From assembly GCA_036170915.1 (NCBI GenBank), contig JAVHQC010000019.1:1-64000 (forward strand): a stretch of DNA of 64,000 nt. The letters are read 5' to 3'. The position numbers and the translations under genes were made by a program. This DNA comes from Cyanobacteria bacterium auto_48_18. Lineage in GTDB: Bacteria > Cyanobacteriota > Vampirovibrionia > Obscuribacterales > Obscuribacteraceae. Each line of letters starts with the position of its first letter. The stretch's first letter is position 1. Under the pieces are notes generated by a model. The model worked only from the letters and a program-made list of their open reading frames with translations, searched no databases and was not told where the DNA came from. Below are positions 49,357 through 58,708 of this stretch, piece after piece.

Positions 49357-49863
49357 ATGCAATGTCGAAAACTACTTGTATGCCTTTTATTTAGCTGTAT
49401 GCTCATTGCCCCGAGTGGAATATGCATGCCTCCGCATACTTGGGTGCCTGAAAAAATAAATGAAAGAAATGCACTTAAACGATGGTGCATTAGCTTGAAG
49501 GCTGCCATTGAGAAACAAAAGGAATTTCTATCGTTAAAAGAGGCACTAGTAAACAAAACAGTTTGTTGCACTTTTATTCTATCCAAGGGCAAACAATCCA
49601 ATTTCAAAATAACAACTTCTTCTGGGTCATCGGCACTTGATTCGGCAGTCTTATCCATGCTTAAAAAAGTGGAATGGCTTCCAAACACCCCTCTTAATAG
49701 CGTGAATCGCTTAATCACTGTTCGCCTGTCAAATGCTGGCCCCGATGTATTTGTGGTGCCTGCCCACAGTCAAACAGGCTCATCAGCTCGAGATGGTGGC
49801 CCTGATGTATTTGCGGTGCCTGCCAACCCCAGTAGAACAGGCTTGTCACCTCGATTTCCGTAA
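49357..49863 (+). CDS. exported TonB C-terminal-like domain protein
   Basis: Signal peptide; ITTSSGSSALDSAVLSML; duplicated GPDVF(V/A)VPA tail. Confidence 0.6.
   Translation: MQCRKLLVCLLFSCMLIAPSGICMPPHTWVPEKINERNALKRWCISLKAAIEKQKEFLSLKEALVNKTVCCTFILSKGKQSNFKITTSSGSSALDSAVLSMLKKVEWLPNTPLNSVNRLITVRLSNAGPDVFVVPAHSQTGSSARDGGPDVFAVPANPSRTGLSPRFP
49738..49853 (+). repeat. imperfect direct duplication, 60-bp spacing, in the gene 3' end
   Basis: GGCCCCGATGTATTTGTGGTGCCTGCC at 49738 vs GGCCCTGATGTATTTGCGGTGCCTGCC at 49798, each followed by AACAGGCT..TCA.CTCGA. Confidence 0.8.
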
Positions 49864-49973
49864 GTAGAGAATCGAGAGATTTAGCTTTTTGCCCTTTTTC
49901 TATAAGGTTACTTTGTCACAACTGGCGCGCTTTTCTAGTTTTTCTTGCATTAAGTGTGAAAATTCGCCGACCC

Positions 49974-51149
49974 CTATGTCTTCGGTTGATTCAGCTTGAT
50001 CAAGTTCCACTGCTCGGTGCGAGACTTACTGAAGTGCACCAATATCGGGCTTTGCGCATGTAGCAAGTTCGATAGGCCGGTATCGTAGACGGTTGTCTTA
50101 GCACCTTCAACTTCCCAGGCTACCCGCATATTTTTCTTGTCCACTGCTCCTGAGAGCGGCTTAGTTTCTTGGGTGAGCATGTTGTAGTAGTTGCCGCGCA
50201 CTATGCCTTTTTTATTTACAGCTAACTGAAACATAATCGATGAGTCAGTCTGATCGCCTTGCGTTAACGAAAATACGCCAAGCGATTTCCAGTCTTTAGC
50301 ATCTTTTGATTCAGCAGCTGCTAGAGCGGCAGGCACGGCAGCACCTGGTTTAGATGCAGTACCTTTTACAGGCACCTCAGGTGGTGCCGATTGAGCAAGA
50401 TCTTGAGCTTGCGTATAGTAGTTAGCCGCAGTGTCAGTCGGTTGCGTGCCGTAATAGACCGTATCACCCTGATAGGTAATATTATTGCCGTAGTCATAAT
50501 CTACCGGCTGATTGTCTACAGGATAATCCCAGAAGCCAGCCAGGTCGCCCCAACCGCAAGCGTCCCAGGCCCAGGCGTCGCCCCAGCCGCGGTTCCACCA
50601 CAAGCCAGGGTGGCGGCCCCACCAGTCACCGCGGAAAGCATCGTTCGCGCGAAAAGCACCGCGTACCGCTTCACCACGATTAGCTAATGTAGCAGGCGAC
50701 ACAGCACGAGAGACAGAATTGTCTACGCGGTTACCACCAAATCCGGTGCTGGCGAGTGAGCGATTTAGACCGCCGCCGAGCCCGCGATCTCCACCACTAT
50801 TCCACACCTGGTTTGCACCATCGCGTAAAGCCGACTCTGAGGTGTGACTGAGTACATTGCCATCACCGAACATATCACCAGAATCACGGCCATCCATGTA
50901 GCCGGCACCAGCACCGCGATAACCGCGATCGCCGCCATAATCGCCATAACCGCGATCACCGTAGCCGCGGTCACCATAGCCACCAAAGCCGCGGCCGCCA
51001 CCGAATCCACCACCACCGCCGCCTCGCATGCCGCCACCACCACCGCCACCACGGCTCCAGCTTGGGTCAGAAGCACCAGCAAGCAACAACAGAGAGGCCA
51101 AGATTACGGCGTTCTTTGCAATTTTATTTTCGACAAGAATCAAATTCAT
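49974..51149 (-). CDS. exported Gly/Trp-rich surface protein (resembles planctomycete protocadherin-like proteins)
   Basis: Signal peptide, RGGGG and GYGDR repeats, Trp-rich segment, YDYGNNITY, WKSLGVF, QLAVNKKGIVRGNYYN. Confidence 0.7.
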   Translation of the reverse strand: MNLILVENKIAKNAVILASLLLLAGASDPSWSRGGGGGGGMRGGGGGGFGGGRGFGGYGDRGYGDRGYGDYGGDRGYRGAGAGYMDGRDSGDMFGDGNVLSHTSESALRDGANQVWNSGGDRGLGGGLNRSLASTGFGGNRVDNSVSRAVSPATLANRGEAVRGAFRANDAFRGDWWGRHPGLWWNRGWGDAWAWDACGWGDLAGFWDYPVDNQPVDYDYGNNITYQGDTVYYGTQPTDTAANYYTQAQDLAQSAPPEVPVKGTASKPGAAVPAALAAAESKDAKDWKSLGVFSLTQGDQTDSSIMFQLAVNKKGIVRGNYYNMLTQETKPLSGAVDKKNMRVAWEVEGAKTTVYDTGLSNLLHAQSPILVHFSKSRTEQWNLIKLNQPKT

Positions 51150-51170
51150 AGCTACTCCACAATTACTTGG

Positions 51171-52097
51171 TTATTTGGTGCGACTCATGGTTAAAGTTTC
51201 TTGGGTCTCTGGCATTGCTTTACCTGCAACAGAGCGCTTGGTTGATTTCCACGTATAACTATTGTCATCAATTTTATGCAGATTATATTGTGCAGCAGCT
51301 GAGGCTCCAGAGTGTTCAGTACCTCTTGCATTCACTGTCCAGCTGTCGCCATTTTTTATCCAGCGGCCATAACCGATGCCACCATCACTTTTGAAATGCC
51401 ACGAAGAAATCGTGCGAGTGAGCGGGTTAAAACCGATAATCTCAGTTTCTGAAGGAGTATTGCTGTCTGATTTAGTCGAGAAAAAATCCATGCGCAAGAA
51501 CTTCTTCGATGCAGTCCAATCGCACTGCAATCTTAAATCGGCATTGGCCGTCCATGAGCCCACGAGCCAAGATAGCTCAGAAATTGATGCTGGTGAGTGA
51601 TCTGGTGCAATCTCATGCTCGAACACCGCCACCATTTGCCAGTGACCACTTTCTTTACTGTGAATGGCAGTATAGCTAGCATCGCTGCCGGTCATATGAC
51701 TCTTGCCCACTTCAATGGCGATGTTGGCGGCAGGAAATTTGATTGATTCCACTTCTATTAAAAGTGGTCGGCGTCCTCTAGTTTTGAAAAAATCGGCAAA
51801 TGTTTTTTCGATTTCAGCGCGGCCACGAAACTGCTGGCCGGTAGAATCGGTAAAGGTTCCATCAGGTGCCCACTGAGCTGCCAGGGCCGAAGCATTGCCC
51901 AGTGCATATTGAGCTGAGTATTCTTTCGCCTGTGCTCGAAGAATGGCCTCATCTTCAGCCTTCATCGCTTCAAGAGTGCCTACCGAACTCGTGGTGCGCG
52001 TGGTAGTTGATCTGTACTTGTGAACTGTCTTTGACTCTGCTGCAAGCGGTGCAATCAGCACGGCTGCGAGAGCTATAGGCAAAACGAATTTATACAA
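51171..52097 (-). CDS. exported SgcJ/EcaC (NTF2/SnoaL-like, DUF4440) domain protein
   Basis: GGAG + TTG 52097; signal peptide; ALAAQWAPDG, GRAEIEK, AIEVG; second domain LSWLVGSW...ISSWHFKSDGGIG. Confidence 0.75.
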   Translation of the reverse strand: MYKFVLPIALAAVLIAPLAAESKTVHKYRSTTTRTTSSVGTLEAMKAEDEAILRAQAKEYSAQYALGNASALAAQWAPDGTFTDSTGQQFRGRAEIEKTFADFFKTRGRRPLLIEVESIKFPAANIAIEVGKSHMTGSDASYTAIHSKESGHWQMVAVFEHEIAPDHSPASISELSWLVGSWTANADLRLQCDWTASKKFLRMDFFSTKSDSNTPSETEIIGFNPLTRTISSWHFKSDGGIGYGRWIKNGDSWTVNARGTEHSGASAAAQYNLHKIDDNSYTWKSTKRSVAGKAMPETQETLTMSRTK

Positions 52098-52114
52098 GAA
52101 CCCAACTCCTTTTA

Positions 52115-53191
52115 TTAAGTAATTACCACGGTGGCATTGGCGCACTCAAACGATACATCGCTGCCCATAAAAAGCATCTTTAGTAAATCACGATAAAAAC
52201 CATATAGCGGAACGCGCTCTGCCACTTGATCTCGCAGGCGATCCCGTTTGAGTTTAAACGAGCTGTGCGATGGTCCAGACATGTGATCTAATTCCAAATA
52301 GTAATTGTTGAGCGGCTGTACCTGAATTTCAAATAAACGATCGTGCCACTGCACAACACTTTTAATTGCTTTCCAACCAGTCTTTTTCATTTCGTCTGCT
52401 GAACAGTTTAAATAGTCTTTGGTTTCAACAAAATCAAATAAGCGGTCACCATTGGCGGAGCCATTGCTTAGAATGCCTACGCCTTGCAGTGCTCCTAATT
52501 TTTCCCAGTCAGCTCCAATTACAGTCATCTGTTTGAGCTGCTCATGCACAGCTAAACATTTGGCCTCGTCTTCGCAAACAATTTTGATACCAAAAATGTC
52601 TTTGACATATTTGCTGTAGTGGCGCAATTGTTTGTCGCGACTCACCAGTTCGTCTAGAACAAAGATTTCGTCGGTGACTTTATTCCAGAGTTCTTCTTCT
52701 GCCTTCACTCGACTGGTTAAGCGATTAACTCCATTTGGTGCGCGCACCACTGGTAGATATTCAATAAAGTTAGCAGATAGATGCAGCGGCACCCATTCAA
52801 CAGTTTTGCGATAACGAAAGTTATCGAGCATGTGATTGCCGAGATCGATATCGGTGACTGAAAACAACATATCTTGAGTAATGCGCTCACGAATGAGAAA
52901 AGGCCGATCTTCGTCGCCTGGCAAAACTCCGATGACATTGCTGTGCAATTCAAAGTCTTCTTCTAAAAGCAAAATCGATAGCAAGTGAGAAAGCAGGTGA
53001 AGGTTACGTTCTCCGTCAAGAATATTTTGTCTGAAAGAGTCGCGCACTTGCGCCATGTGCTCTCGCGACAATTCGATAGTGACGTGGCTATCAGGTTTAG
53101 CTTCTTGCTCAGTCTTTTTTTCCGCCAAATAAGAGATGAACTGGTGTAAAACCGGCTCATGCATAACCATTAATAGCGGTGATTGCAACAT
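52115..53191 (-). CDS. divergent RelA/SpoT synthetase-domain (nucleotidyltransferase) protein
   Basis: SRVK..LWNK, DIFGIKIVC, KDYL..KKTGWKAIKSVV, FEIQVQP, SHSSFK align in order with RSH motifs GRxK..SIxxK, DxxGxRI, KDY..NGYxSxH, EIQIRT, AHWxYK; no HD/TGS/ACT domain recognised. Confidence 0.7.
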   Translation of the reverse strand: MLQSPLLMVMHEPVLHQFISYLAEKKTEQEAKPDSHVTIELSREHMAQVRDSFRQNILDGERNLHLLSHLLSILLLEEDFELHSNVIGVLPGDEDRPFLIRERITQDMLFSVTDIDLGNHMLDNFRYRKTVEWVPLHLSANFIEYLPVVRAPNGVNRLTSRVKAEEELWNKVTDEIFVLDELVSRDKQLRHYSKYVKDIFGIKIVCEDEAKCLAVHEQLKQMTVIGADWEKLGALQGVGILSNGSANGDRLFDFVETKDYLNCSADEMKKTGWKAIKSVVQWHDRLFEIQVQPLNNYYLELDHMSGPSHSSFKLKRDRLRDQVAERVPLYGFYRDLLKMLFMGSDVSFECANATVVIT

Positions 53192-53429
53192 AGATACGTA
53201 CGTCCGTCCGGCGGTTTCCTTTAAGTAGGTGAATATTACACTGTCTTGGCACCGCGAACATTTACGCTACTGACTACCCAGTCAGCGTTTGCGCTTTTTT
53301 ACCATTATTAAGACGGGCTTAAGAGTCTCATCGTTGTCAAGCGGTTTTGGCATAATTGTTCTACCGGCCTTGAAGCAAGTCGCCGGACGATTACTTAAAC
53401 CAGAACAGATACAAGGAGTGGCGAAGGCC

Positions 53430-53834
53430 ATGATCAATTTTGATTGGCAACAAACGGGCAATAACAACGCAGATGGTTCAGAAAAGAAGCTGAAACGCAG
53501 CACCATGCTTTCAATTATTGCCCTCACCACTCTTACTTCCATGACTGTTACAGGTTGTGCTCAAACTGTCAGTCAAACAAATGACAAAGAGAAAGAGAAA
53601 GAAGAAACTACTTCAAACGGCCACGGCTATCACGGTGGTCATGGCGCTCATGGCACTTATGCAGGTTCAAGCAGTGCTGCCAGTCGTGCCCGCTCAAAGG
53701 AATATGGCCGCACTAAAGCTGGTCGCACGGTAACCGTTAAGGCCAGTAGCTATCAAGCTCCGCCTGCCAATGCCTGGGGTGGTGTTACACGCGGCTGGTT
53801 CGGGCGCTTCTGTGGCTCCGTATTTGGTGGCTGA
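53430..53834 (+). CDS. putative lipoprotein with YgiB/UPF0323-like termini
   Basis: KRS...hydrophobic...VTGC lipobox; Gly/Ser-rich body; C-terminal VTRGWFG..GSVFGG; start uncertain. Confidence 0.55.
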   Translation: MINFDWQQTGNNNADGSEKKLKRSTMLSIIALTTLTSMTVTGCAQTVSQTNDKEKEKEETTSNGHGYHGGHGAHGTYAGSSSAASRARSKEYGRTKAGRTVTVKASSYQAPPANAWGGVTRGWFGRFCGSVFGG

Positions 53835-54099
53835 TTGGCTTTGCTCCAAATCCAGGCCAAGGCATATCTAGACTTCGCTCGCAGCACGCCCTAAAAAAGC
53901 GTAGCTGCGAGCTATATTTTGCCGTGTTGTCAGGTGCTCAGTTGGTAAAAATGCCGGTTATTACATGTGCTCGGAAAAATTAAGGTCTGCTAAAGCCTCG
54001 ATACAATCACGTTCCTGGCCTTTTTTGCTGCACACTTACTTGTATAATCGCTGGCAGACACGTGGCTAGCGTGTTTTTTTGTTTAGGGAAAGCTCACAA

Positions 54100-55707
54100 A
54101 TGATCATCGTCAACGAAGTTTCTAAAGGCTACGGCTCACGTACGCTCTTTGATAATGTCTCAGTTAAATTTAGCCCGGGCAACAGATATGGCCTCACTGG
54201 CCCTAACGGCGCCGGCAAATCTACTTTCATGAAAATTCTCACCGGCGAACTCGAAGCATCTAATGCCGGCACCATTACCCGCCCCCGCAAAGTCGGCGTG
54301 CTCAAACAAGACCAGTTCGCTTATGACAACGAACGCATCATTGACACAGTAGTAATGGGCAATGAAATTCTCTGGAACGCCTTCAAAGAAAGAGACGCTC
54401 TCTGCGAAGTGGAAAACCTTACTGAAGAACAAATGAATCGCCTTGGCGAGCTCGAAGTCATTATTGCCGACGAAAACGGCTATGTGGCTGAGTTTGAAGC
54501 TGCTGAAATTCTCCGCGGAATTGGCATTGAAGACGCTGATCACGAAAATTTGATGAGCACTTTAGCTACCGATTACAAATTCCGTGTGTTGCTTGCTCAA
54601 GCGCTTTTCGGTGAACCACAAGCGGTGCTCTTAGACGAACCTACAAACCACCTTGATTTAGAATCGATTCACTGGCTAGAAGAATTTCTCTGGCAGTACG
54701 AAGGCATTCTGGTTGTGATTTCGCACGACAGACACTTCCTCAATTCAGTTTGCACCCACATTGCCGACATCGATTACGACACCATTATTGTTTATCCGGG
54801 CAATTACGATGATATGGTCGAGCACAAAATGCAAGCTCGCCAGTCAATTGAATCAGCCAACAAAGACAAAGCGAAAAAGATTGCTCAATTGCAAGAATTC
54901 GTGCAAAGATTCGCTGCCGGTCAGCGCTCAAGCCAGGTGCAATCGCGACGCAAAGAAATGGTGCGCCTTGCCCCAGAGCAAATGAAACGCTCAAATATTC
55001 AAAGACCTTTCATTCGCTTCGAACAAGAGAAACCTTCTGGCAGAGAAGTATTGCAGGTCAAAAATCTCACCAAAGCTTTTGATGGCAAGGTGCTTTTCAA
55101 AGACTTCAATATTGATCTTTTGCGTGGAGAAAAAGTGGCCATCATCGGCTCAAACGGCGTGGGTAAAACCACACTGCTACGCTGCTTAATGGGAGAGCTC
55201 GAGGCCGACGCCGGATCTGTAAAATGGACTGAAGCAGCCACCTGGAGCTACTATCCGCAAGATTATCACGATGCCATCACCCCTGGTAGCACTGCGCTCG
55301 ATTGGCTGATGCAATATATGGTTGATGAAGGTCACCAGCACGTGCGCGGTTTGCTCGGCAAAATGCTCTTCTCTGGTGAAGACAGCGCCAAAGCCACTGA
55401 AAATCTCTCTGGGGGCGAAGCCGCTCGCCTGCTACTAGCGCGCATGATGATGCAAAAAAATCCGGTGCTGGTTCTAGATGAACCAACCAATCACCTTGAC
55501 CTCGAAGCGGTCTCGGCACTGGCTGAAGGCCTGACCATGTTCCCCGGCACCGTATTTGTAGTATCCCATGACCGTGATCTGATTTCAGATGTGGCCACCC
55601 GCATTCTCGCTTTCACACCCACCGGTCTGCGCGATTTCCAGGGCACCTACGAAGAATATTTGCAAGATAACCCACTCAAAGAACTGGCCGGCAAAGGCAA
55701 GCGCTAA
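54100..55707 (+). CDS. ABC-F family ATPase, YbiT-like
   Basis: GNRYGLTGPNGAGKSTFMKIL, RVLLAQALFG, LLDEPTNHL twice, GSNGVGKTT, LSGGE. Confidence 0.92.
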   Translation: MIIVNEVSKGYGSRTLFDNVSVKFSPGNRYGLTGPNGAGKSTFMKILTGELEASNAGTITRPRKVGVLKQDQFAYDNERIIDTVVMGNEILWNAFKERDALCEVENLTEEQMNRLGELEVIIADENGYVAEFEAAEILRGIGIEDADHENLMSTLATDYKFRVLLAQALFGEPQAVLLDEPTNHLDLESIHWLEEFLWQYEGILVVISHDRHFLNSVCTHIADIDYDTIIVYPGNYDDMVEHKMQARQSIESANKDKAKKIAQLQEFVQRFAAGQRSSQVQSRRKEMVRLAPEQMKRSNIQRPFIRFEQEKPSGREVLQVKNLTKAFDGKVLFKDFNIDLLRGEKVAIIGSNGVGKTTLLRCLMGELEADAGSVKWTEAATWSYYPQDYHDAITPGSTALDWLMQYMVDEGHQHVRGLLGKMLFSGEDSAKATENLSGGEAARLLLARMMMQKNPVLVLDEPTNHLDLEAVSALAEGLTMFPGTVFVVSHDRDLISDVATRILAFTPTGLRDFQGTYEEYLQDNPLKELAGKGKR

Positions 55708-55752
55708 ATAGCAGCTTAAAATTGGGTTTAAAAGCTGTGGCAATGGCATAAT

Positions 55753-57336
55753 ATGGCTATGTCTAGTGCTGAAGAATACAGTAGCCAGTCGAGCTTATTT
55801 CGCGCCTTTGCCAGAGATGGCAAAGTGCCGCGGCAGCTGATTTTAGACAGCTTTTCTGCCAGCGGCATTTTAGACGACGACCCCCGCGCTAAAACTCTTT
55901 TCAAAGCCATTCGAGCCGCCGAGCCGCTGCTTTCGCAAGAGCAATTTCTCTCCCTGCACAGTGTTAGCCCGGCTCTGTTTGAGCAAGTGCTGGCCGGTCA
56001 AATGGCCATTCCGCAATTTACTGAATTCAGCCAGCAGATAGAAGAAATTTTCGATCGAGTGTCTGGTAATAAAGGCGGTCAACTAGCAAATTATATTCCT
56101 CAACTTGAGCGCGTTGATCCCGAGAAGTTTGCCGCTTCTGTTTGCTCGGTTGACGGCCAGCGCTTCTCTCTTGGTGACAGCGACGATTTCTTTTGCGTGC
56201 AGTCTTGCTCTAAGCCAATCACCTATTGCCTGGCACTAGAAGAACAAGGCGAAGAAGTTTTACACCGATATGTGGGCACTGAACCCAGTGGCAAAACCTT
56301 TAACGAACTAACACTTAATGCCAAGGGTCTGCCGCACAATCCGATGATCAATGCTGGTGCCATCATGTGTGGTGCCTTGATTAAAAATCATGCTGATGCC
56401 TCCGATCGCTTCGATTATGTGATGAGTAAATGGAAAGAATGCGCCGGTAACATGAAAATTGGCTTTGACAATGCCGTTTATTTATCAGAGCGGCAGACGG
56501 CTGATCGCAATTTCGCCCTGGCTTATTTTATGCGCGAGAAAAAGGCATACCCTGCCGATGTTAATTTGCTCGATGTGCTCGAGTTTTATTTTCAGTGCTG
56601 CTCAATTGAAATCACCACCAGGGCAATGGCGGTAATTGCCTCGACCCTTGCCAATGGCGGCAACTGCCCCCTCACCGGCGCGCAGGTTTTTCGCCCTGAC
56701 CATGTAAAAAATTGCCTTTCTCTGATGTCATCGTGCGGCATGTATGATTTTTCTGGTGAGTTTGCTTTTCGCATCGGCATTCCTGCTAAAAGCGGTGTCT
56801 CTGGCGCAATCATGCTGGTGGTACCAAATGTAGTGGGCATGGCTGTCTGGAGCCCCAGATTAGATGAATTAGGCAACTCAGTGCGAGGCGTAGATTTCTG
56901 TCGCCAGCTGGCGGCACGCTTTAAATTCCATACTTTTGACAGCACCACCGGCCTTATGGATGATCGCATTGATCCACGGCGCAATTTATATGAATCGCGC
57001 TTAGGAGGCGCCAATGCTTTTTGTTGGGCCGCTTCAGAAGGCGACGTGGCTGAAATGCGGCGGCTGGTGGCCCGTGGCGTCAATGCCAACGTTGGCGACT
57101 ACGACGGCCGCACAGCACTGCATCTGGCCGCCAGTGAAGCGCGCTTGAGCGCCCTGCGCTACCTGGTTGAACTCGGAGTGGACCTCAATTGCCAGGACCG
57201 ATGGGGCAACACGCCGCTAGATGATGCCATGCGGCAGTCTGAAGCCGACATCAACACTTACGAGCCAATTATCTCGATGTTGCGAGAACACGGTGGCACC
57301 AGCAAAAAGACAGTACCCAGTCGGCAAAATAAATAG
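55753..57336 (+). CDS. glsA: glutaminase with N-terminal helical domain and C-terminal ankyrin repeats
   Basis: YIPQL, QSCSKP (catalytic SxxK), PHNPMINAGAI, GMYDFSG, PAKSGVSG, GNSVRG; DYDGRTALHLAASE and DRWGNTPLDDA ankyrins. Confidence 0.93.
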   Translation: MAMSSAEEYSSQSSLFRAFARDGKVPRQLILDSFSASGILDDDPRAKTLFKAIRAAEPLLSQEQFLSLHSVSPALFEQVLAGQMAIPQFTEFSQQIEEIFDRVSGNKGGQLANYIPQLERVDPEKFAASVCSVDGQRFSLGDSDDFFCVQSCSKPITYCLALEEQGEEVLHRYVGTEPSGKTFNELTLNAKGLPHNPMINAGAIMCGALIKNHADASDRFDYVMSKWKECAGNMKIGFDNAVYLSERQTADRNFALAYFMREKKAYPADVNLLDVLEFYFQCCSIEITTRAMAVIASTLANGGNCPLTGAQVFRPDHVKNCLSLMSSCGMYDFSGEFAFRIGIPAKSGVSGAIMLVVPNVVGMAVWSPRLDELGNSVRGVDFCRQLAARFKFHTFDSTTGLMDDRIDPRRNLYESRLGGANAFCWAASEGDVAEMRRLVARGVNANVGDYDGRTALHLAASEARLSALRYLVELGVDLNCQDRWGNTPLDDAMRQSEADINTYEPIISMLREHGGTSKKTVPSRQNK

Positions 57337-57357
57337 AATAGTGCAAGTAGAATCGTA

Positions 57358-57747
57358 ATGGAAATATTCGACCCGCTCAGTGTAATTTATAAATCGGTTG
57401 GCAGCGAAGAGCCTTACTTCCGGCTGGTCGACGAATTTTACTCTGGTGTTGAAGCCGACCCGATTTTGCGGCCCATTTACCCTGAAGATTTGGGCCCCGG
57501 CAAAAAACACCTGGCACAATTTCTCATTCAACGCACCGGCGGTGCCACAACTTATAGCGACGAGCGCGGGCATCCACGTATGCGTGGCAGGCATATGCCG
57601 TTTAAAATCGGTGTCAAAGAACGTGATGCATGGGTCAAGCATATGACCAGCGCTGTTCACGCGGTGCCCGAATTTGAGAAGCACAGCGAGGCCCTTTTGC
57701 AATTTTTTGACGGTTTTGCCACATTCATGATTAATCAACCGGAATAA
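57358..57747 (+). CDS. group II truncated hemoglobin (GlbO-like)
   Basis: VG.EE.YFRLVDEFY, GG..YSDERGHPRMRGRH, ERDAW. Confidence 0.9.
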   Translation: MEIFDPLSVIYKSVGSEEPYFRLVDEFYSGVEADPILRPIYPEDLGPGKKHLAQFLIQRTGGATTYSDERGHPRMRGRHMPFKIGVKERDAWVKHMTSAVHAVPEFEKHSEALLQFFDGFATFMINQPE

Positions 57748-57796
57748 TTTCTCAAACGGTGGAATAACTAGGTATATTCGGATCGTAGGACCCAGC

Positions 57797-58645
57797 ATGA
57801 CTGAGTACGGCGGACAATCAACTTCTCTTTTGCAGATTGCTCTGTCGGCTTTGAGCAACGCTTCGCAAGAAGAAGCAGAGCAAAAATTGACGTCGATTAT
57901 CACCATGCTCGAAAAGCAGTATGGTGAAAATCAAAAAGAAGTAGCCGCCGAATTACAGCGACTGGCGCGCGAAATTGAAACTTCGGGCAAAATCGATCAA
58001 GCCATCGAATTTAAACAACGCACCACCGAAATTATGCTGCGAGTTTCTATGGAGAGACGCCGAGGCATGAGAGAAGCCGCATCGCTTGCAGCTCATACGC
58101 CGGCTTTGTCGCATTCTCCGGTATCAGCACATGCTCCTGTGCCAGCGCACCAGGAGAGCCCCACCAGTTATCAGCCGCCAGTAACACCAGCTTACGTTGC
58201 ACCAGCCATGTCGGCCCGTTCAACTCGAGCCAATTTAGGCGCCATGTCTGCCAGTTCGGCTGAGGCACTGTTAGGTAAAAATGGCGGAGAGACTCTTTTT
58301 GATGGTGTGCATTATGTGGTGCAAAGCAGTACCCGTTTTGAAACAGAACTGCATTTTTATACAGACATTTTGCGCGGTAAAATCACATGGCAATCAGATG
58401 ATGTGCACAGGCGTGCAGCGGCTATTAAACTGACTAATGGGCCTGAGTTGATCTTAGTAGAAAGTCAAATACCATCGCCCAGTTTGAACGTTTATCATGT
58501 CACCACAGTTGGTGCCGCCCGAGAAAAACTTGAGAGTTATGGTTTTCTCAAACGTGGTGAACTCAAAACCCCTCAAGGCCAGGCATTAATATTTTGCGGC
58601 CCTGACGGTAACACCCTGGCAATTCTGCCTATTGGTGGCAAATAG
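57797..58645 (+). CDS. hypothetical protein: N-terminal TPR-like helices, Pro-rich linker, C-terminal VOC/glyoxalase-like domain
   Basis: EKQYGENQKEVA; FYTDIL, YHVTTV.AAREKL, GPDGNTLAI. Confidence 0.6.
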   Translation: MTEYGGQSTSLLQIALSALSNASQEEAEQKLTSIITMLEKQYGENQKEVAAELQRLAREIETSGKIDQAIEFKQRTTEIMLRVSMERRRGMREAASLAAHTPALSHSPVSAHAPVPAHQESPTSYQPPVTPAYVAPAMSARSTRANLGAMSASSAEALLGKNGGETLFDGVHYVVQSSTRFETELHFYTDILRGKITWQSDDVHRRAAAIKLTNGPELILVESQIPSPSLNVYHVTTVGAAREKLESYGFLKRGELKTPQGQALIFCGPDGNTLAILPIGGK

Positions 58646-58708
58646 AAATAAGAATGTATGAGTAACCTGTTAAAATTTTCGCGGCAATAAAGATCAAAGG
58701 GTAGAAAC

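Noticed and set aside
57217..57906. 229-aa minus-strand ORF (likewise 49224-49718, 19504-19923, 56592-57089 and 45894-46388)
   Set aside because: Antisense or alternate-frame shadows of better-supported genes, with no motifs of their own.
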